Below are positions 28,742 to 39,557 of a stretch of DNA of 64,000 nt, one piece after another (within the stretch, counting starts at the first letter, position 1; each line of letters begins with the position of its first letter). The DNA is from an uncultured Actinomyces sp. (GTDB taxonomy: Bacteria > Actinomycetota > Actinomycetes > Actinomycetales > Actinomycetaceae), in the NCBI GenBank assembly GCA_963525415.1, contig CAURIY010000005.1, positions 54,441-118,440 on the forward strand, in the 5' to 3' direction. A model generated the notes under the pieces. The model did not search any database. It saw only the letters and a program-made list of their open reading frames with translations, and had not been told where the DNA came from. The position numbers and the translations under genes are program-made.

Positions 28742-31552
28742 ATGAACGTCTCACGGCTGTCCCACACGCGCCACACGACGCGCACCCCCCTCGCCGCGCG
28801 CCTGACCGCCCTCGCGGTGACCGCTCTGACGAGCGCAACCCTCGCGGGCGGGGCACTCCCCGCGAGCGCACTCCCCACCTCGTCCGCTCACGAGGCACCC
28901 GCCTCGCCACTCGCGCACGCGCGCACCGGGCAGGAGGGGACAGCAACGTACGAGGCGACGCACCGCCTCGCCAGCACATCGACGTTTGCACCCGCGCAAC
29001 CTCGCATTGCCGCGCAACGACCCGACCTCCTCGAGGAAGCGCCTTCCTCCTCCGGTCTCGACGTGCGCATGACCAACCTGGAACCGCGCGTCATCACGGG
29101 CGAGAGTGACGTCACCGTGTCGGGCACGATCCGGAACCTGTCGGCGACGCCTTCCGTAAATCCTTCGCTCGATTTCTACGTTCAAACGTGGACGCCGGTC
29201 ACTGCCGATGAGCTTCACAGTTACCTCACGGGGGAAACCCACGAGGGGCGGCGTATTCACAGTGCGACCGTGAGCGCGGTACTCGCACCCGGCGCGAGCG
29301 CGCCTTTTCAGGTGACGATTCCGCGCTCCGCCCTCCCGTTCACGGATTCCTTCGAATGGGGTCCGCGCGGGATCACCGTTCATGCGGATGATGACCACTC
29401 GTCAGGGAAAGATCGCAGCATCCTCATCTGGGATTCCGGGTATGCGCTGAGCCCGACGAAGATCAACGTCCTTCTGCCGTGGACAGCAGCGACGCCGCGC
29501 ACTGAGGGTGACACCTCGGCGATTCTTGCGATGGCGGGAAGTCCGGGGGTGACGTTTGCGGTTGATACCCCGACACTCACCTCGCTCTTCGGCAGCGATA
29601 CGTCGAAGCCTCTCACCGTTCAGACTTCTCCGGGGAATGCCCTTCCGTGGTCGGTTGCCACGCCTACGGCCTCCGCGAGCACGGGGGCGGGCACGGCTAC
29701 TGGCACTGATGGTACTGCCGGCGGTTCGGCAGAATCCGGTTCTTCGGCTGCGTCGACCACATCGGGCAGCGCAACCGCTTCGGTTCCTGCGACCTCCTCT
29801 AGCTCAGCCTCGCCCAGGGCGACCTCCTCGGGAACCAGTCCGGAAGCAATCGCGGCGGCGGATGCTTTCCTCACTAGCTTCTTCTCTCGCACCGGCGAGC
29901 TTGTGGCTCTCCCCGCGTACGACGCAGATCTGGGGTTGCTGACGCTTTTCTCGCAGCCGGAACTTGCCGAACGCGCCCTCACCAGCCGCAGCCTCGTCCC
30001 CACGTCGCACACTGCGGTGCGCAACGCTTCCTACCTGAGCTCCTCCACGACATCGAACGCGAGCAGCGGAAGAAGTCCTTCGGCCAGTAGCTCCGCGGCA
30101 GCTTCCTCCACTCCTTCCGGAGGGGAAACGGCCAGTGCCGCGACCAAAGGATCTTCACAGAACGCGGGATCCGCCTCGTCACCTGCTGTATCGGAAACGA
30201 ACGCCAGCGCGCCCGAGGCGGCGCCCGCTTCCTCGCCAGCCACAGCCTCGCCCACCCCGCCACCCGCCACCGGTGAAACCACGGGTCCCGCACTCATCGA
30301 GAACGTGCTGTGGCCGAGTCGCGAAACCTACGGGCGCGCGCTTCTCAAACGTTCTCAGGGGCAAATCATCATCGCCCCGCCCGGCGCTCACGCCACCACG
30401 GGCGATCTGGATTTCACGTCTCTGGCGCCCGTGCGCCTGTCTGCGGAAAGCGGGGAGGCTCTCACGCAGCACGACCAGTGGGAGTCTCCCGATACCGTCA
30501 CCGCGCTCACGTCCTTGAGTCTCCTGGCTCAGTTGGCGTCGTGGGATGCGACGAGCAGCGACGATGAGCTGGATACGCAGCAGGCGCTGACGGCGATGAC
30601 CGCGATCATCACGCGGGAGCGTCCCAACCAGTCGCGCACTCTTTTTGTGCCGCTGAACCGCGGGGTGTCGCTGGATACGACGCGACAGAGGCGCGTGGAG
30701 GCGCTGGTGACGCCTCGGTGGGTTCAGGGTCTGTCTTTTGGGGAGATGGCGAATTCTGAGCCGAGCGATCTTGCGCGCGAGCCAGCGGGAGATGCTCCTA
30801 TTTCTCAGTTTGCGACGGAGACCGTGGCGTCTCTTGAGGCGCCGTTTACCTCCGCCCTCCACGTTGCACACGCAACAAATAGTGGGGAGGCCGCCGTCGA
30901 CACCCTCACCGCCTCCGTCTTCAACGCGCTGCGCACCGATATCTCCGACGAGGCGCGCACCCAGGCCAGTGCATCCGCCCGCGAATGGCTGAGCGCCGTC
31001 AGCACAGCGGTGAAAGTCGAATCCTCACAGGCGGTCAACGTCATCAACAAGAACGCCGACTTCCCGGTACGCGTCCGCAACGACCTTCCGTGGCCCGTCA
31101 CCGTATCCGTGACACTCCTGCCCTCCGACCCGCGCCTCCAGGTCAAGCGACGCCCCGAAGCGACAATCCCCGCACACTCGACCTCAACCGTGGACGTCCC
31201 GGTGTCCGCGATCGGTTCCGGAGACATCTACGTCACCTACCGGCTGAGCACCTCCTCGGGAGAGCTCGTCGACGGCTCCCAGCGCGTCCTCGTGCGCATG
31301 CGCGCCGGCTGGGAAGACACCATTACCGCCGTTTTGGCGGGGATTTTTGGCCTGGCCTTCGTCGCGGGTATCGTCCGCACCATTCGTCGCCGCCTCCGCG
31401 CTCGCGCCAGCGACGAGGCACCCGCTTCCCTTCCCGGTTTGGGTGGCGCACCGCGCGGCACCGTCAACGTTCCCCTGAGCAACGGGGAACACGTGCAGGC
31501 GGGACGCGCACGCACTCCGCACGCATCCGAGGATCCCCGAGGGGAGGAGTGA
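28742..31552 (+). CDS. Secreted, C-terminally anchored protein (DUF6049-like) with Ser/Thr-rich inserts
   Basis: Signal peptide, WGPRGI motif, PVRVRNDLPWPVTV Ig-like domain and a C-terminal TM. Conserved position between NUDIX and murJ. Confidence 0.75.
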   Translation: MNVSRLSHTRHTTRTPLAARLTALAVTALTSATLAGGALPASALPTSSAHEAPASPLAHARTGQEGTATYEATHRLASTSTFAPAQPRIAAQRPDLLEEAPSSSGLDVRMTNLEPRVITGESDVTVSGTIRNLSATPSVNPSLDFYVQTWTPVTADELHSYLTGETHEGRRIHSATVSAVLAPGASAPFQVTIPRSALPFTDSFEWGPRGITVHADDDHSSGKDRSILIWDSGYALSPTKINVLLPWTAATPRTEGDTSAILAMAGSPGVTFAVDTPTLTSLFGSDTSKPLTVQTSPGNALPWSVATPTASASTGAGTATGTDGTAGGSAESGSSAASTTSGSATASVPATSSSSASPRATSSGTSPEAIAAADAFLTSFFSRTGELVALPAYDADLGLLTLFSQPELAERALTSRSLVPTSHTAVRNASYLSSSTTSNASSGRSPSASSSAAASSTPSGGETASAATKGSSQNAGSASSPAVSETNASAPEAAPASSPATASPTPPPATGETTGPALIENVLWPSRETYGRALLKRSQGQIIIAPPGAHATTGDLDFTSLAPVRLSAESGEALTQHDQWESPDTVTALTSLSLLAQLASWDATSSDDELDTQQALTAMTAIITRERPNQSRTLFVPLNRGVSLDTTRQRRVEALVTPRWVQGLSFGEMANSEPSDLAREPAGDAPISQFATETVASLEAPFTSALHVAHATNSGEAAVDTLTASVFNALRTDISDEARTQASASAREWLSAVSTAVKVESSQAVNVINKNADFPVRVRNDLPWPVTVSVTLLPSDPRLQVKRRPEATIPAHSTSTVDVPVSAIGSGDIYVTYRLSTSSGELVDGSQRVLVRMRAGWEDTITAVLAGIFGLAFVAGIVRTIRRRLRARASDEAPASLPGLGGAPRGTVNVPLSNGEHVQAGRARTPHASEDPRGEE

Positions 31553-31555
31553 TCG

Positions 31556-34500
31556 ATGACCGCAAAAGGTAGTTCCCTGCTGCGCGCGAGCGCCCTCATG
31601 GCGTCGGGCACCATGGTCTCCCGCGTCCTCGGCTTTGCTCGAAACGCCATGCTGCTGGCCGCCCTCGGGTCGGCGGGCGGCGCGGTATCCGCGGCCTTCC
31701 AAACCGCAAACACCCTACCCAACACGGTGTTCAACCTCCTGGCCTCGGGAGTGTTCGACGCCGTACTGGTGCCGCAGATCGTGCGCGCCCTCAAACGCGA
31801 ATCCGGGGACACCTACGTCAACCGCCTCATCACGCTGGCGGGAACGATCCTATTCGGCGTCACCGTCCTCGCCATGATTGCCGCACCCCTGCTCATCATC
31901 ATCATGGCTCCGGGGTTTGACGCGGAAATCCGCGGACTGGCCATCGCTTTTGCGCTGCTGTGTATTCCGCAGATTTTCTTCTACGGCCTGTACAACCTCC
32001 TGGGTGAACTCCTCAACGCGCGAGGAGTGTTCGGCCCCTACATGTGGGCGCCCGTCCTCAACAATGTCATCGGGATTGGCGGTCTCGCGGCCTTCCTCGG
32101 GATCTGGGGATCGCACTCCGAACGTTTCGCCGTTGCCGACCTGACCTCACCGCAGTTCTGGCTTCTGGGGGCATCCGCCACCCTCGGTGTTGTCTGCCAG
32201 GCGCTGGTCTTGTTCCTCCCCATGAAACGCGCGGGAGTGTCCTTCCGGCCGGACTTCCATTTCCGGGGAACGTCTTTTGGATCGGCCTCGAAAGTCGCGG
32301 GATGGACTTTTGCCACACTCGGGGTCAGCCAAATCGGCGTGCTCTCAACGAACGCCATCGCATCCTTCGCCGACACCTACCTCAAGACGCACGACCTGCC
32401 CTATGCGGGAATCGCCGGCTATTCCACGGCCTTCCTCATTTTCATGCTTCCGCAGTCCGTCATCACCGTATCGCTGGCGACCGCTATCTTCACGAGGCTT
32501 ACGCACGCCGTCGCAGACAACGACGAACCGGAAGTCGCACGTCAGTATGAGATGGGGATCCGCGTGATCACCTCACTGACGGTTCTGGCCGCGGCAATCC
32601 TCATGGCCTGCGCCCTGCCGATGATGCAAATGGTTCTGGTGCGCACCACGAATTTTGAGACGGTCAATTCCTATGCCTGGGTGCTGATTGCACTCATGCC
32701 GGGCGTGGCCTCCACGGGCATTGTCCTCATGAGCCAGCGCGTCTTTTTCGCCTACGAGGACGCCAAACCCATTTTCCTCATGGGGATTGCCCCAACCCTG
32801 CTCCAGGTTGCTGTGGGCTGGGGAATGTACGCCCTGACCGGAGTCCAGTGGTGGGTGGTGGGCGCTGCCCTCGCTGAGACGGCATGCCGCGTCTTCCAGG
32901 GACTGATCGCCATGAAATGGGTGGCTCGACGCAATCCTCACGTTGCCAGCGCCAGCATCATTCGTTCCTACGCGATCTACGTGGTCTGCGGGGCTGTCGC
33001 ATTTATCGCCGGCTGGGCGAGCCTACAGCTCATGGGTGCTTTCACGGCGCTTCCGTCGATGGCGGGTCGTTTCCTGCTGGCCGGCGTCAAGGTCACGGTG
33101 GTATCCCTCGTTGCAACCGCGGTGTACATGGTGACCATGCGCTGCGTCAGTCCGCGCGAGTCGGCGACAACGATTCGTCCTGCTCTGCAGCGTTTCCACG
33201 TTCCCGTATTTCTGCAGAATATTGTGGCGGCTCCGGCGCTGCGCGTTTCATCTCACCCGGCACCCAGCGGTGAGCATCCCCCAGTTGTCCAGGGGAACGG
33301 TCATAATGAGCTGTCGGACTCAGTGGAGGAGAGTGACATGGATCGACGCGACGACCTCAACACCTCGGCACCTTCGGGTGACGCATCATCGGCTGATACC
33401 ACCGGTCACAATCCGTCTTCCGACGGCTGGATTCCACCGGAAATCGACCTGTCCGTCCCCAAGTTCGACGACATTTTCCATTCCGACAGCGACAGTGACG
33501 AGGCGCCCGCTTCCTCGCCCGCAGACGCACCTTCCGCTTCGGCTGAAGATTCCCCTGTTCCCTCTGAGGAGGGCGCGGCATTGGCCGACACAGACGACGT
33601 CGATCTGTCCGGTGAAGAATCTCCGGTCGAGGATGTACCTGCGGAAGATGCTGATTCTGACAGCGCCTCCGCCGACCCCGCAGAAGCTGACGAAACCGAC
33701 AGTGCTGAGGGTACGGAAGCTGCGGACAGTGACGCGGACGAACTGACCGATGTCGCCGCGCACACGGGAAGCATTCCCGTCCTCGATCCCAGTGCCGAAG
33801 GCACATCTCTCGACGCCAGCATGGGCATGGCCGGCGTATACGACGCAGATGAGGCCGCAGACGATCCCGAACTTTCCTCGGAAAATCCCGAAACCGATGA
33901 CGCTCCCGCACAGGATGCTCCCACGCAGGTCGTCCACGTGGATGAGGCTCTCACCGCGCCCGAACAGCGCCCCCATGCTGCGCCTCGTATGACGGGAATT
34001 CCGGCGCCCGTAAACGTCCCCGCGCCCACCGATCCGCACGCATCCCCTGCCGGGAACGACGCACCGCCCCCTCGCGGGGGAATCGATCCCACAAAGCCAA
34101 CGTTGATCGGTGCAAGCGTCCTCGTTGTTGTCGCAGCATTCTGGGCGCTGAGCACCGCGCTCAGCCCGATCAGCGACACCGGTCTGTCGGAGACTCTGGC
34201 CAATGCCCAGGCCTCTCACCAGCAACAGCAGGAGACCGCCTCGGCGGAACCCGAGCCGGCGCCCACCGTTGCTCCGAAGATTTCCAGCGTGAGCGTCCTG
34301 TCCTGGCGTAATGACGGCGGCGACCATGAAGACATGGCGATCAACATGCTAGACGGGAAGCCGGAGACCACGTGGCGCTCCCGCTACTTTGACCTCAACC
34401 AGTTCCAGGACGCTACCGCCGTCACCATTGTGGTCAAGCTGAATCAGAAGGCCACAGTGAGCAGCGTTCACCTGTCGATGGATTCCTCGACCAGCGGCGG

Positions 34501-34699
34501 CCAGGTTGTTGTCCGTGCGGTAGATCCCAAAACTCCGCGCGAAGGAACAGAACTGACGACGTCCGCGTTGTCACCTGAGACAGAGATTCAGCTGCCCACT
34601 CCGGTGGAAACAGAAGCCATTTCGCTGACCTTCCGCTCGATGCCGACCTCCGTGGACGGCAAGGCGTGGGCGTGGGTCAGTGAATTGTCCGTGAAGTAA
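31556..34699 (+). CDS. murJ: Lipid II flippase MurJ/MviN with acidic linker, extra TM and extracellular domain
   Basis: MASGTMVSRVLGFAR, ANTLPN, LVPQIV, PQIFFYG, WAPVLNN motifs and a long C-terminal extension. Confidence 0.9.
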   Translation: MTAKGSSLLRASALMASGTMVSRVLGFARNAMLLAALGSAGGAVSAAFQTANTLPNTVFNLLASGVFDAVLVPQIVRALKRESGDTYVNRLITLAGTILFGVTVLAMIAAPLLIIIMAPGFDAEIRGLAIAFALLCIPQIFFYGLYNLLGELLNARGVFGPYMWAPVLNNVIGIGGLAAFLGIWGSHSERFAVADLTSPQFWLLGASATLGVVCQALVLFLPMKRAGVSFRPDFHFRGTSFGSASKVAGWTFATLGVSQIGVLSTNAIASFADTYLKTHDLPYAGIAGYSTAFLIFMLPQSVITVSLATAIFTRLTHAVADNDEPEVARQYEMGIRVITSLTVLAAAILMACALPMMQMVLVRTTNFETVNSYAWVLIALMPGVASTGIVLMSQRVFFAYEDAKPIFLMGIAPTLLQVAVGWGMYALTGVQWWVVGAALAETACRVFQGLIAMKWVARRNPHVASASIIRSYAIYVVCGAVAFIAGWASLQLMGAFTALPSMAGRFLLAGVKVTVVSLVATAVYMVTMRCVSPRESATTIRPALQRFHVPVFLQNIVAAPALRVSSHPAPSGEHPPVVQGNGHNELSDSVEESDMDRRDDLNTSAPSGDASSADTTGHNPSSDGWIPPEIDLSVPKFDDIFHSDSDSDEAPASSPADAPSASAEDSPVPSEEGAALADTDDVDLSGEESPVEDVPAEDADSDSASADPAEADETDSAEGTEAADSDADELTDVAAHTGSIPVLDPSAEGTSLDASMGMAGVYDADEAADDPELSSENPETDDAPAQDAPTQVVHVDEALTAPEQRPHAAPRMTGIPAPVNVPAPTDPHASPAGNDAPPPRGGIDPTKPTLIGASVLVVVAAFWALSTALSPISDTGLSETLANAQASHQQQQETASAEPEPAPTVAPKISSVSVLSWRNDGGDHEDMAINMLDGKPETTWRSRYFDLNQFQDATAVTIVVKLNQKATVSSVHLSMDSSTSGGQVVVRAVDPKTPREGTELTTSALSPETEIQLPTPVETEAISLTFRSMPTSVDGKAWAWVSELSVK

Positions 34700-34732
34700 C
34701 CCGGATCCGAGCTGCTACAACACGGCATATCG

Positions 34733-35692
34733 ATGCCACATATTCAGGAGGAAACCTTGTCCGAAACGATTCACGACGTCGTCATCGTCGGCTCTGGCCC
34801 CGCCGGTTACACGGCCGCTATTTACACGGCTCGCGCAGGGCTTGCTCCCATTGTTGTGGCGGGTTCGCTGAGCGCCGGCGGCGCTCTCATGAACACCACA
34901 GAGGTGGAGAACTTCCCCGGATTCCCCGAGGGAATCATGGGTCCCGATCTCATGGATCACATGCGGGAGCAGGCTGAGAAGTTCGGTGCGGATATCCGCT
35001 ACGAAGATGCCTATGAGCTCAACCTGACCAATGAGGTCAAGACCATCACCCTGGAGGATGAGGTTCTCCAGGCGCGCACCGTGATCCTGGCGACCGGCTC
35101 GGAATACCGTCACATGGGCGTTCCCGGTGAAGAGGAATTCTCCGGCCGCGGAGTGTCCTACTGCGCGACCTGTGATGGGTTCTTCTTCCGTGACAAGAAC
35201 CTCGTGGTTGTCGGCGGCGGAGATTCCGCCATGGAGGAAGCCACCTTCCTCACGAAGTTTGCCAGCAGCGTCACTGTGGTGCACCGTCGCGACCAGCTGC
35301 GCGCGTCGAAGGCTATGGCGGATCGCGCGATGGCCAACCCGAAGATCTCCTTCGTGTGGAACTCGACCGTTGCCGCTGTTGAAGGCGAGGACAGCGTGAC
35401 GGGTCTGCGTCTGACCTCGACGGTTGACGGTTCTGAGCAGCTCCTGGCAACGGACGGTGTTTTTGTGGCAATCGGTCACCTGCCTCGTACGCAGCTGCTG
35501 CGCGGCCAGGTGGAGCTGGATGATGCCGGATACATCATCGTGGACGATCCCGGAACTCGCACGAACATCCCCGGTGTTTTCGCCTGTGGTGACGCAGTGG
35601 ATCACACCTACCGTCAGGCGATTACCGCCGCGGGTTCGGGCTGCCGTGCGGCTCTTGACGCCGAGCGCTGGCTGGCGGCTCAGGAGAACTAA
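34733..35692 (+). CDS. trxB: Thioredoxin reductase
   Basis: [41 protein letters not shown]. The start may be TTG 34757. Confidence 0.97.
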   Translation: MPHIQEETLSETIHDVVIVGSGPAGYTAAIYTARAGLAPIVVAGSLSAGGALMNTTEVENFPGFPEGIMGPDLMDHMREQAEKFGADIRYEDAYELNLTNEVKTITLEDEVLQARTVILATGSEYRHMGVPGEEEFSGRGVSYCATCDGFFFRDKNLVVVGGGDSAMEEATFLTKFASSVTVVHRRDQLRASKAMADRAMANPKISFVWNSTVAAVEGEDSVTGLRLTSTVDGSEQLLATDGVFVAIGHLPRTQLLRGQVELDDAGYIIVDDPGTRTNIPGVFACGDAVDHTYRQAITAAGSGCRAALDAERWLAAQEN

Positions 35693-35725
35693 TCGCGTTC
35701 TTTCGCGTGAATCGCACATACATAC

Positions 35726-35766
35726 ATGTGAGTGGGGGGCTGCATCATGCAGCCCCCCACTCACAT
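35726..35766. terminator. Bidirectional terminator hairpin between convergent trxB and glpD
   Basis: ATGTGAGTGGGGGGCTGCA-tca-TGCAGCCCCCCACTCACAT. Confidence 0.7.
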
Positions 35767-35811
35767 ATGCGGTGATTTCAGCTCCGTGTGCCGAAACCCC
35801 TCATCATGTAA

Positions 35812-37563
35812 TCAGCCCTGGATCTCGGGATTCACATCGAGGAACGGCGTAATGCCTTCGACGGTTTCGCGCAGAGCCTGAGCTTCTGCCTCATCCCAGA
35901 TACCTTCCGCTTCCTTTTCTGCTTCGCAGCGTGCGCGGTAGGACGCCTTTTCTGCCTCGCGACGATCCTTGTCCCATCCGAGGATGTCACCGGCAATGTC
36001 GGCGACGACATCCAGGTTGGCCAGGCCGCGATCCGCGTGCTCGTACACCATGCGGGTACGGCGGGTCATGAGGTCTTCCACGTGGAGGGCGCCTTCGTGC
36101 AGGACGCCGAACGCGATTTCTGCACGCAGGTATTCGGGTGCACCGGGCAGTTCTTCCGCGAGGGTGGGATCCTCTGCAATGAGGTTGAAGAGGAGCTCCA
36201 CATCGGAACCGTAGCGATCCAGGAGGTCTTCCACGTGATCCACGGACAGACCGGTCTGGTTTGCCAGGGCGTGACGACGGCTCCACATGGCGACGTAGCC
36301 GGATGCGCCTTCCAGCGGGGTCGAGGCGGTAACCGAGGGGTTGGTCTTGGCTGCGCGCTCGCCGAGTGCGAAGTCCACGGCATCCTCAGCCATCTGGCGG
36401 TAGGAGGTGAGCTTGCCACCGGCGATGACGACGAGGCCAGGGGCGGCTTCGGTCACGGTGTGTTCGCGGGAGACCTTGGTGGACTTGGTCTTGTCCCCAT
36501 CCAGGGTTCCGGGCTGCAGCAGAGGACGCAAGCCGGCGAAGGTGCCGATGATGTCGTCCTTGGTGAGCTTGTCGGAGAGCACCGAGTTGGCGTGATCCAA
36601 CAGGTATTCGATGTCTTCGCGGTCTGCCACGGGTTCGCGACGGTTCTCGTGGTAGGCGGTGTCGGTCGTACCGATAACCCAGTAGCGCTTCCACGGGATG
36701 ATGAAGAGCACGGACTTTTCGGTGCGCAGGAAGATACCGACCTTGGACTTGATGCGATCCTTGGGAACCACAATGTGGATGCCCTTGGAGGCCAGAACCT
36801 TCAGGCCACCGCTGGTGCCCGCGAGGGACTGGGTCTTTTCGGTCCACACGCCGGTTGCGTTGATGATTGCGCGGGTCTTGACGTGGACGGTGGTGTTGGT
36901 TTCCAGATCCAGGAGGTCTGCGCCGTTGACGCGTCCCGTCGTGTCCTTGGTCAGGCCGGTGACCTGGACGCGGTTGGCGGCGTAGGCACCGTGGCGTGCG
37001 GCCGAGCGCACCAGGTTAACGACCAGGCGGGCGTCATCCACGCGTGCGTCGTAGTAGACGATCGAGCCGATGAGCGCATCCTTGCTCAGTGCCGGCGCCA
37101 GAGCCAGCGAGGACTTCTTAGAGTGGTGACGCTGGATCGGCACGGAACCGCGGTGGGCGAACTGTGCGAGGGCGTCGTACATACCCACGCCGACGGCGGA
37201 GTAGGCGCGTTCGATGACGGGCATCTTCAGCGGCCACAGGAAGGGCTGAGCCTTGACCAGGTGGGGTGCGTTCTGCGTGAGCAACAGGCCGCGTTCACGC
37301 AGGGATTCCGCCACGAGGGGGAAGTCCAGCTGGTAGAGGTAGCGCAGGCCACCGTGCACCAGCTTGGAGGAGCGGGACGAGGTACCGGATGCCCAGTCCT
37401 GTGCTTCAACGATGCCGACGCGCAGGCCACGGGTCGCGGCATCCAGAGCGATACCGGCGCCGGTGACGCCACCGCCGATTACCAGAATGTCGAGTCCCTG
37501 GTCGTCTGCCATGGCTTCCAGAGACTTTTGACGCTTCTCGAAGGAAAGCTGTGAGTCAGTCAT
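35812..37563 (-). CDS. glpD: FAD-dependent glycerol-3-phosphate dehydrogenase/oxidase
   Basis: IGGGVTG, GTSSRSSKLVHGGLRYL, DDARL, GTTDT, AGLRPL, GGKLTSYR. Confidence 0.92.
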   Translation of the reverse strand: MTDSQLSFEKRQKSLEAMADDQGLDILVIGGGVTGAGIALDAATRGLRVGIVEAQDWASGTSSRSSKLVHGGLRYLYQLDFPLVAESLRERGLLLTQNAPHLVKAQPFLWPLKMPVIERAYSAVGVGMYDALAQFAHRGSVPIQRHHSKKSSLALAPALSKDALIGSIVYYDARVDDARLVVNLVRSAARHGAYAANRVQVTGLTKDTTGRVNGADLLDLETNTTVHVKTRAIINATGVWTEKTQSLAGTSGGLKVLASKGIHIVVPKDRIKSKVGIFLRTEKSVLFIIPWKRYWVIGTTDTAYHENRREPVADREDIEYLLDHANSVLSDKLTKDDIIGTFAGLRPLLQPGTLDGDKTKSTKVSREHTVTEAAPGLVVIAGGKLTSYRQMAEDAVDFALGERAAKTNPSVTASTPLEGASGYVAMWSRRHALANQTGLSVDHVEDLLDRYGSDVELLFNLIAEDPTLAEELPGAPEYLRAEIAFGVLHEGALHVEDLMTRRTRMVYEHADRGLANLDVVADIAGDILGWDKDRREAEKASYRARCEAEKEAEGIWDEAEAQALRETVEGITPFLDVNPEIQG

Positions 37564-37709
37564 GTTCACTCCCCATTGAATTGAAGAAAGTTAGCCTTAC
37601 CTCAGAAGTATTCCAGGCCCTGCACAGAATTGCTCCCCTTATGCGCATTTGTGCACATAGGAGCTCGTCCGCTGTTCATACGTGAAAAGTGCACCATCTT
37701 CAGGCGCAC

Positions 37710-38096
37710 TCAACGCCCCTCGCGCACATCCCCTTCGACGTACACCCAGCGCCCGCCTCGTCGCTCAAAACGGGAACGCTCCCGCATGGAGGCGATCCGC
37801 CCATCCTCCCCCACCCACGACGCAACGAATTCCACGACGCCGGTCGAGTCACCCACCTGCCCGGCCACCACCTCGTCAATACGCAAACCCGTCCACTGCA
37901 TCTCGCGATCCGTGTACGGCAGGGAAGGGCGCGTGCGCGGGTGCCACGTGCGGAAGAGGTGATCCTCGTTGCGCAGAACATAGGCGGTATACCGCGAGCG
38001 CATGAGGGCTTCGGCGGTGGGCGCGGGGGCGCCATCCAAATAGGGTTCGCAGCAGCGCGCATAGGGGCGGCCGCTTCCGCAGGGACATTCGCTCAT
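37710..38096 (-). CDS. YchJ family protein (SEC-C motif)
   Basis: CPCGSG..Y..CC, TAEALMRSRYTAY, TWHP, ERSRF...WVYVEG. Confidence 0.9.
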   Translation of the reverse strand: MSECPCGSGRPYARCCEPYLDGAPAPTAEALMRSRYTAYVLRNEDHLFRTWHPRTRPSLPYTDREMQWTGLRIDEVVAGQVGDSTGVVEFVASWVGEDGRIASMRERSRFERRGGRWVYVEGDVREGR

Positions 38097-38222
38097 GCCT
38101 CCAGTATCGCGCGCCATTGGCGAGGCGGTGGGCCAGACTCCCCACCGCGCGAAGGAACGCTGGAGACGGCCGCAAAAACAGGCAAGAAAGCGACGAAAAG
38201 TCTGAAACCATGCGAATGGCCT

Positions 38223-39557
38223 TCAGTTCGCCTCGCTCAGCAACTTCTTGCGCAAGGGAACCGTTGCCTCCGATGCCGCAAGGATCAGGGCGACACCTCC
38301 GAGGGCAAATCCCAAGACGGTGGCCAGCCCCATCAGGGGATTACCGGCGGCCATGACCGGCAGCATGAACAGAATGCCCAAGCCCATCGCGCCTCCGAGC
38401 ATGGCCAGAGCGGGGATCCCAATTTCCAGACGCCTCGAACGATCCAGGAATCCCGCAGGCGAACCCATGTGGGACAGGGCGCGCATCTGATCGACAGAAT
38501 CAATGACCCGGATCGACTGATTGATCGCCGTGGAAATCGCGCCCAGAGCCAGGGTGATTCCGAAGGTCAGGAGCATTCCGGTTTGAATATCCTGCATCAC
38601 CATGCGGCTGACCGGATCCGCAGCGGCATCATCAGAGAACCTGATCGCGCTGAAAACCGGGTAGAGGATCCCCACCAGGAAGCCCACCAGGGCAACTGCT
38701 CCGAAGGAACGCCACACGGATCGCGGGTCGTCGGCAATTCGGCGTCCCGCCAGCATCAGCTGGGGGCTGCGCGACATCGATGCCATGCCGCGTCCCATCA
38801 TGCCCACAGACCAGACGCCAATCACGTTGGTGAGGGAGAAGATCAGGGCAAGGAAGCCCAGGAGCATAGCAAGACCGACGGCGGGTGAGATTCCCATGAA
38901 TGCCTGACCGAAGACCAGCCATACGGCAATGATGACGACGGTGATACCGACCCCGATGGGGGACACTTTTTGGGCGTCGCTGCGGCGCGTAATTCCCAGC
39001 GGCGTGATGACGACTTTGCTCATGGCGATCAGGGAACTGAGAGCGGCCAGAACGATCATTCCCACGCCTTCGGCAAGCAGCGTAAGGATTCCGACCCACA
39101 TTTCCTCCACGCTCATCGGCATGTTCTGGAAGCTCAACAGTCCCCATGCGGGCAGGGTGGCCGCGTAGAGAACGGAGCCGATGACCACTCCGATTCCCGC
39201 GTGGATCACGGTTTCCAGGACGCAGGCGTACCGGGTGTGTGCGGGGCTGAGTCCGATGAGTCGCAGGATCGCCAGGTCGTGTGCGCGGCGGCTCATGCCC
39301 AGTCGCGCGGCGGCCGCCCCCATGGACAGGATCGGAACAACCAGCAAAATAGCGGCAAAGCAGGCCAGTCCCACGTAGAACCCACCGAATCCTTCGTCGG
39401 CTGTTTCCAGTGCTGCGCGCATCTGGAATGCGTAGACGCCACCGGTGACGGCCAGCAGGAAGGCGTGCGGGAGGGCGAATGCCAGGATGGTCAGGAGGGA
39501 GGTTGCGCGATCCCTGCTGTTCAGGAGCGCGCGGGTCGCGGTGAGGACGGAGTTCAC
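38223..39557 (-). CDS. FtsX-like ABC transporter permease
   Basis: Multi-TM protein with the AARLG...LAILRLIG motif. Overlaps the ATPase stop. Confidence 0.8.
   Translation of the reverse strand: MNSVLTATRALLNSRDRATSLLTILAFALPHAFLLAVTGGVYAFQMRAALETADEGFGGFYVGLACFAAILLVVPILSMGAAAARLGMSRRAHDLAILRLIGLSPAHTRYACVLETVIHAGIGVVIGSVLYAATLPAWGLLSFQNMPMSVEEMWVGILTLLAEGVGMIVLAALSSLIAMSKVVITPLGITRRSDAQKVSPIGVGITVVIIAVWLVFGQAFMGISPAVGLAMLLGFLALIFSLTNVIGVWSVGMMGRGMASMSRSPQLMLAGRRIADDPRSVWRSFGAVALVGFLVGILYPVFSAIRFSDDAAADPVSRMVMQDIQTGMLLTFGITLALGAISTAINQSIRVIDSVDQMRALSHMGSPAGFLDRSRRLEIGIPALAMLGGAMGLGILFMLPVMAAGNPLMGLATVLGFALGGVALILAASEATVPLRKKLLSEAN

Noticed and set aside
438..35766. G-run hairpins at 438, 23114 and 35726 as a REP/MITE family or CRISPR repeats
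   Set aside because: The sequences differ beyond the GTGGGG runs, and each sits at a gene end as an ordinary terminator.
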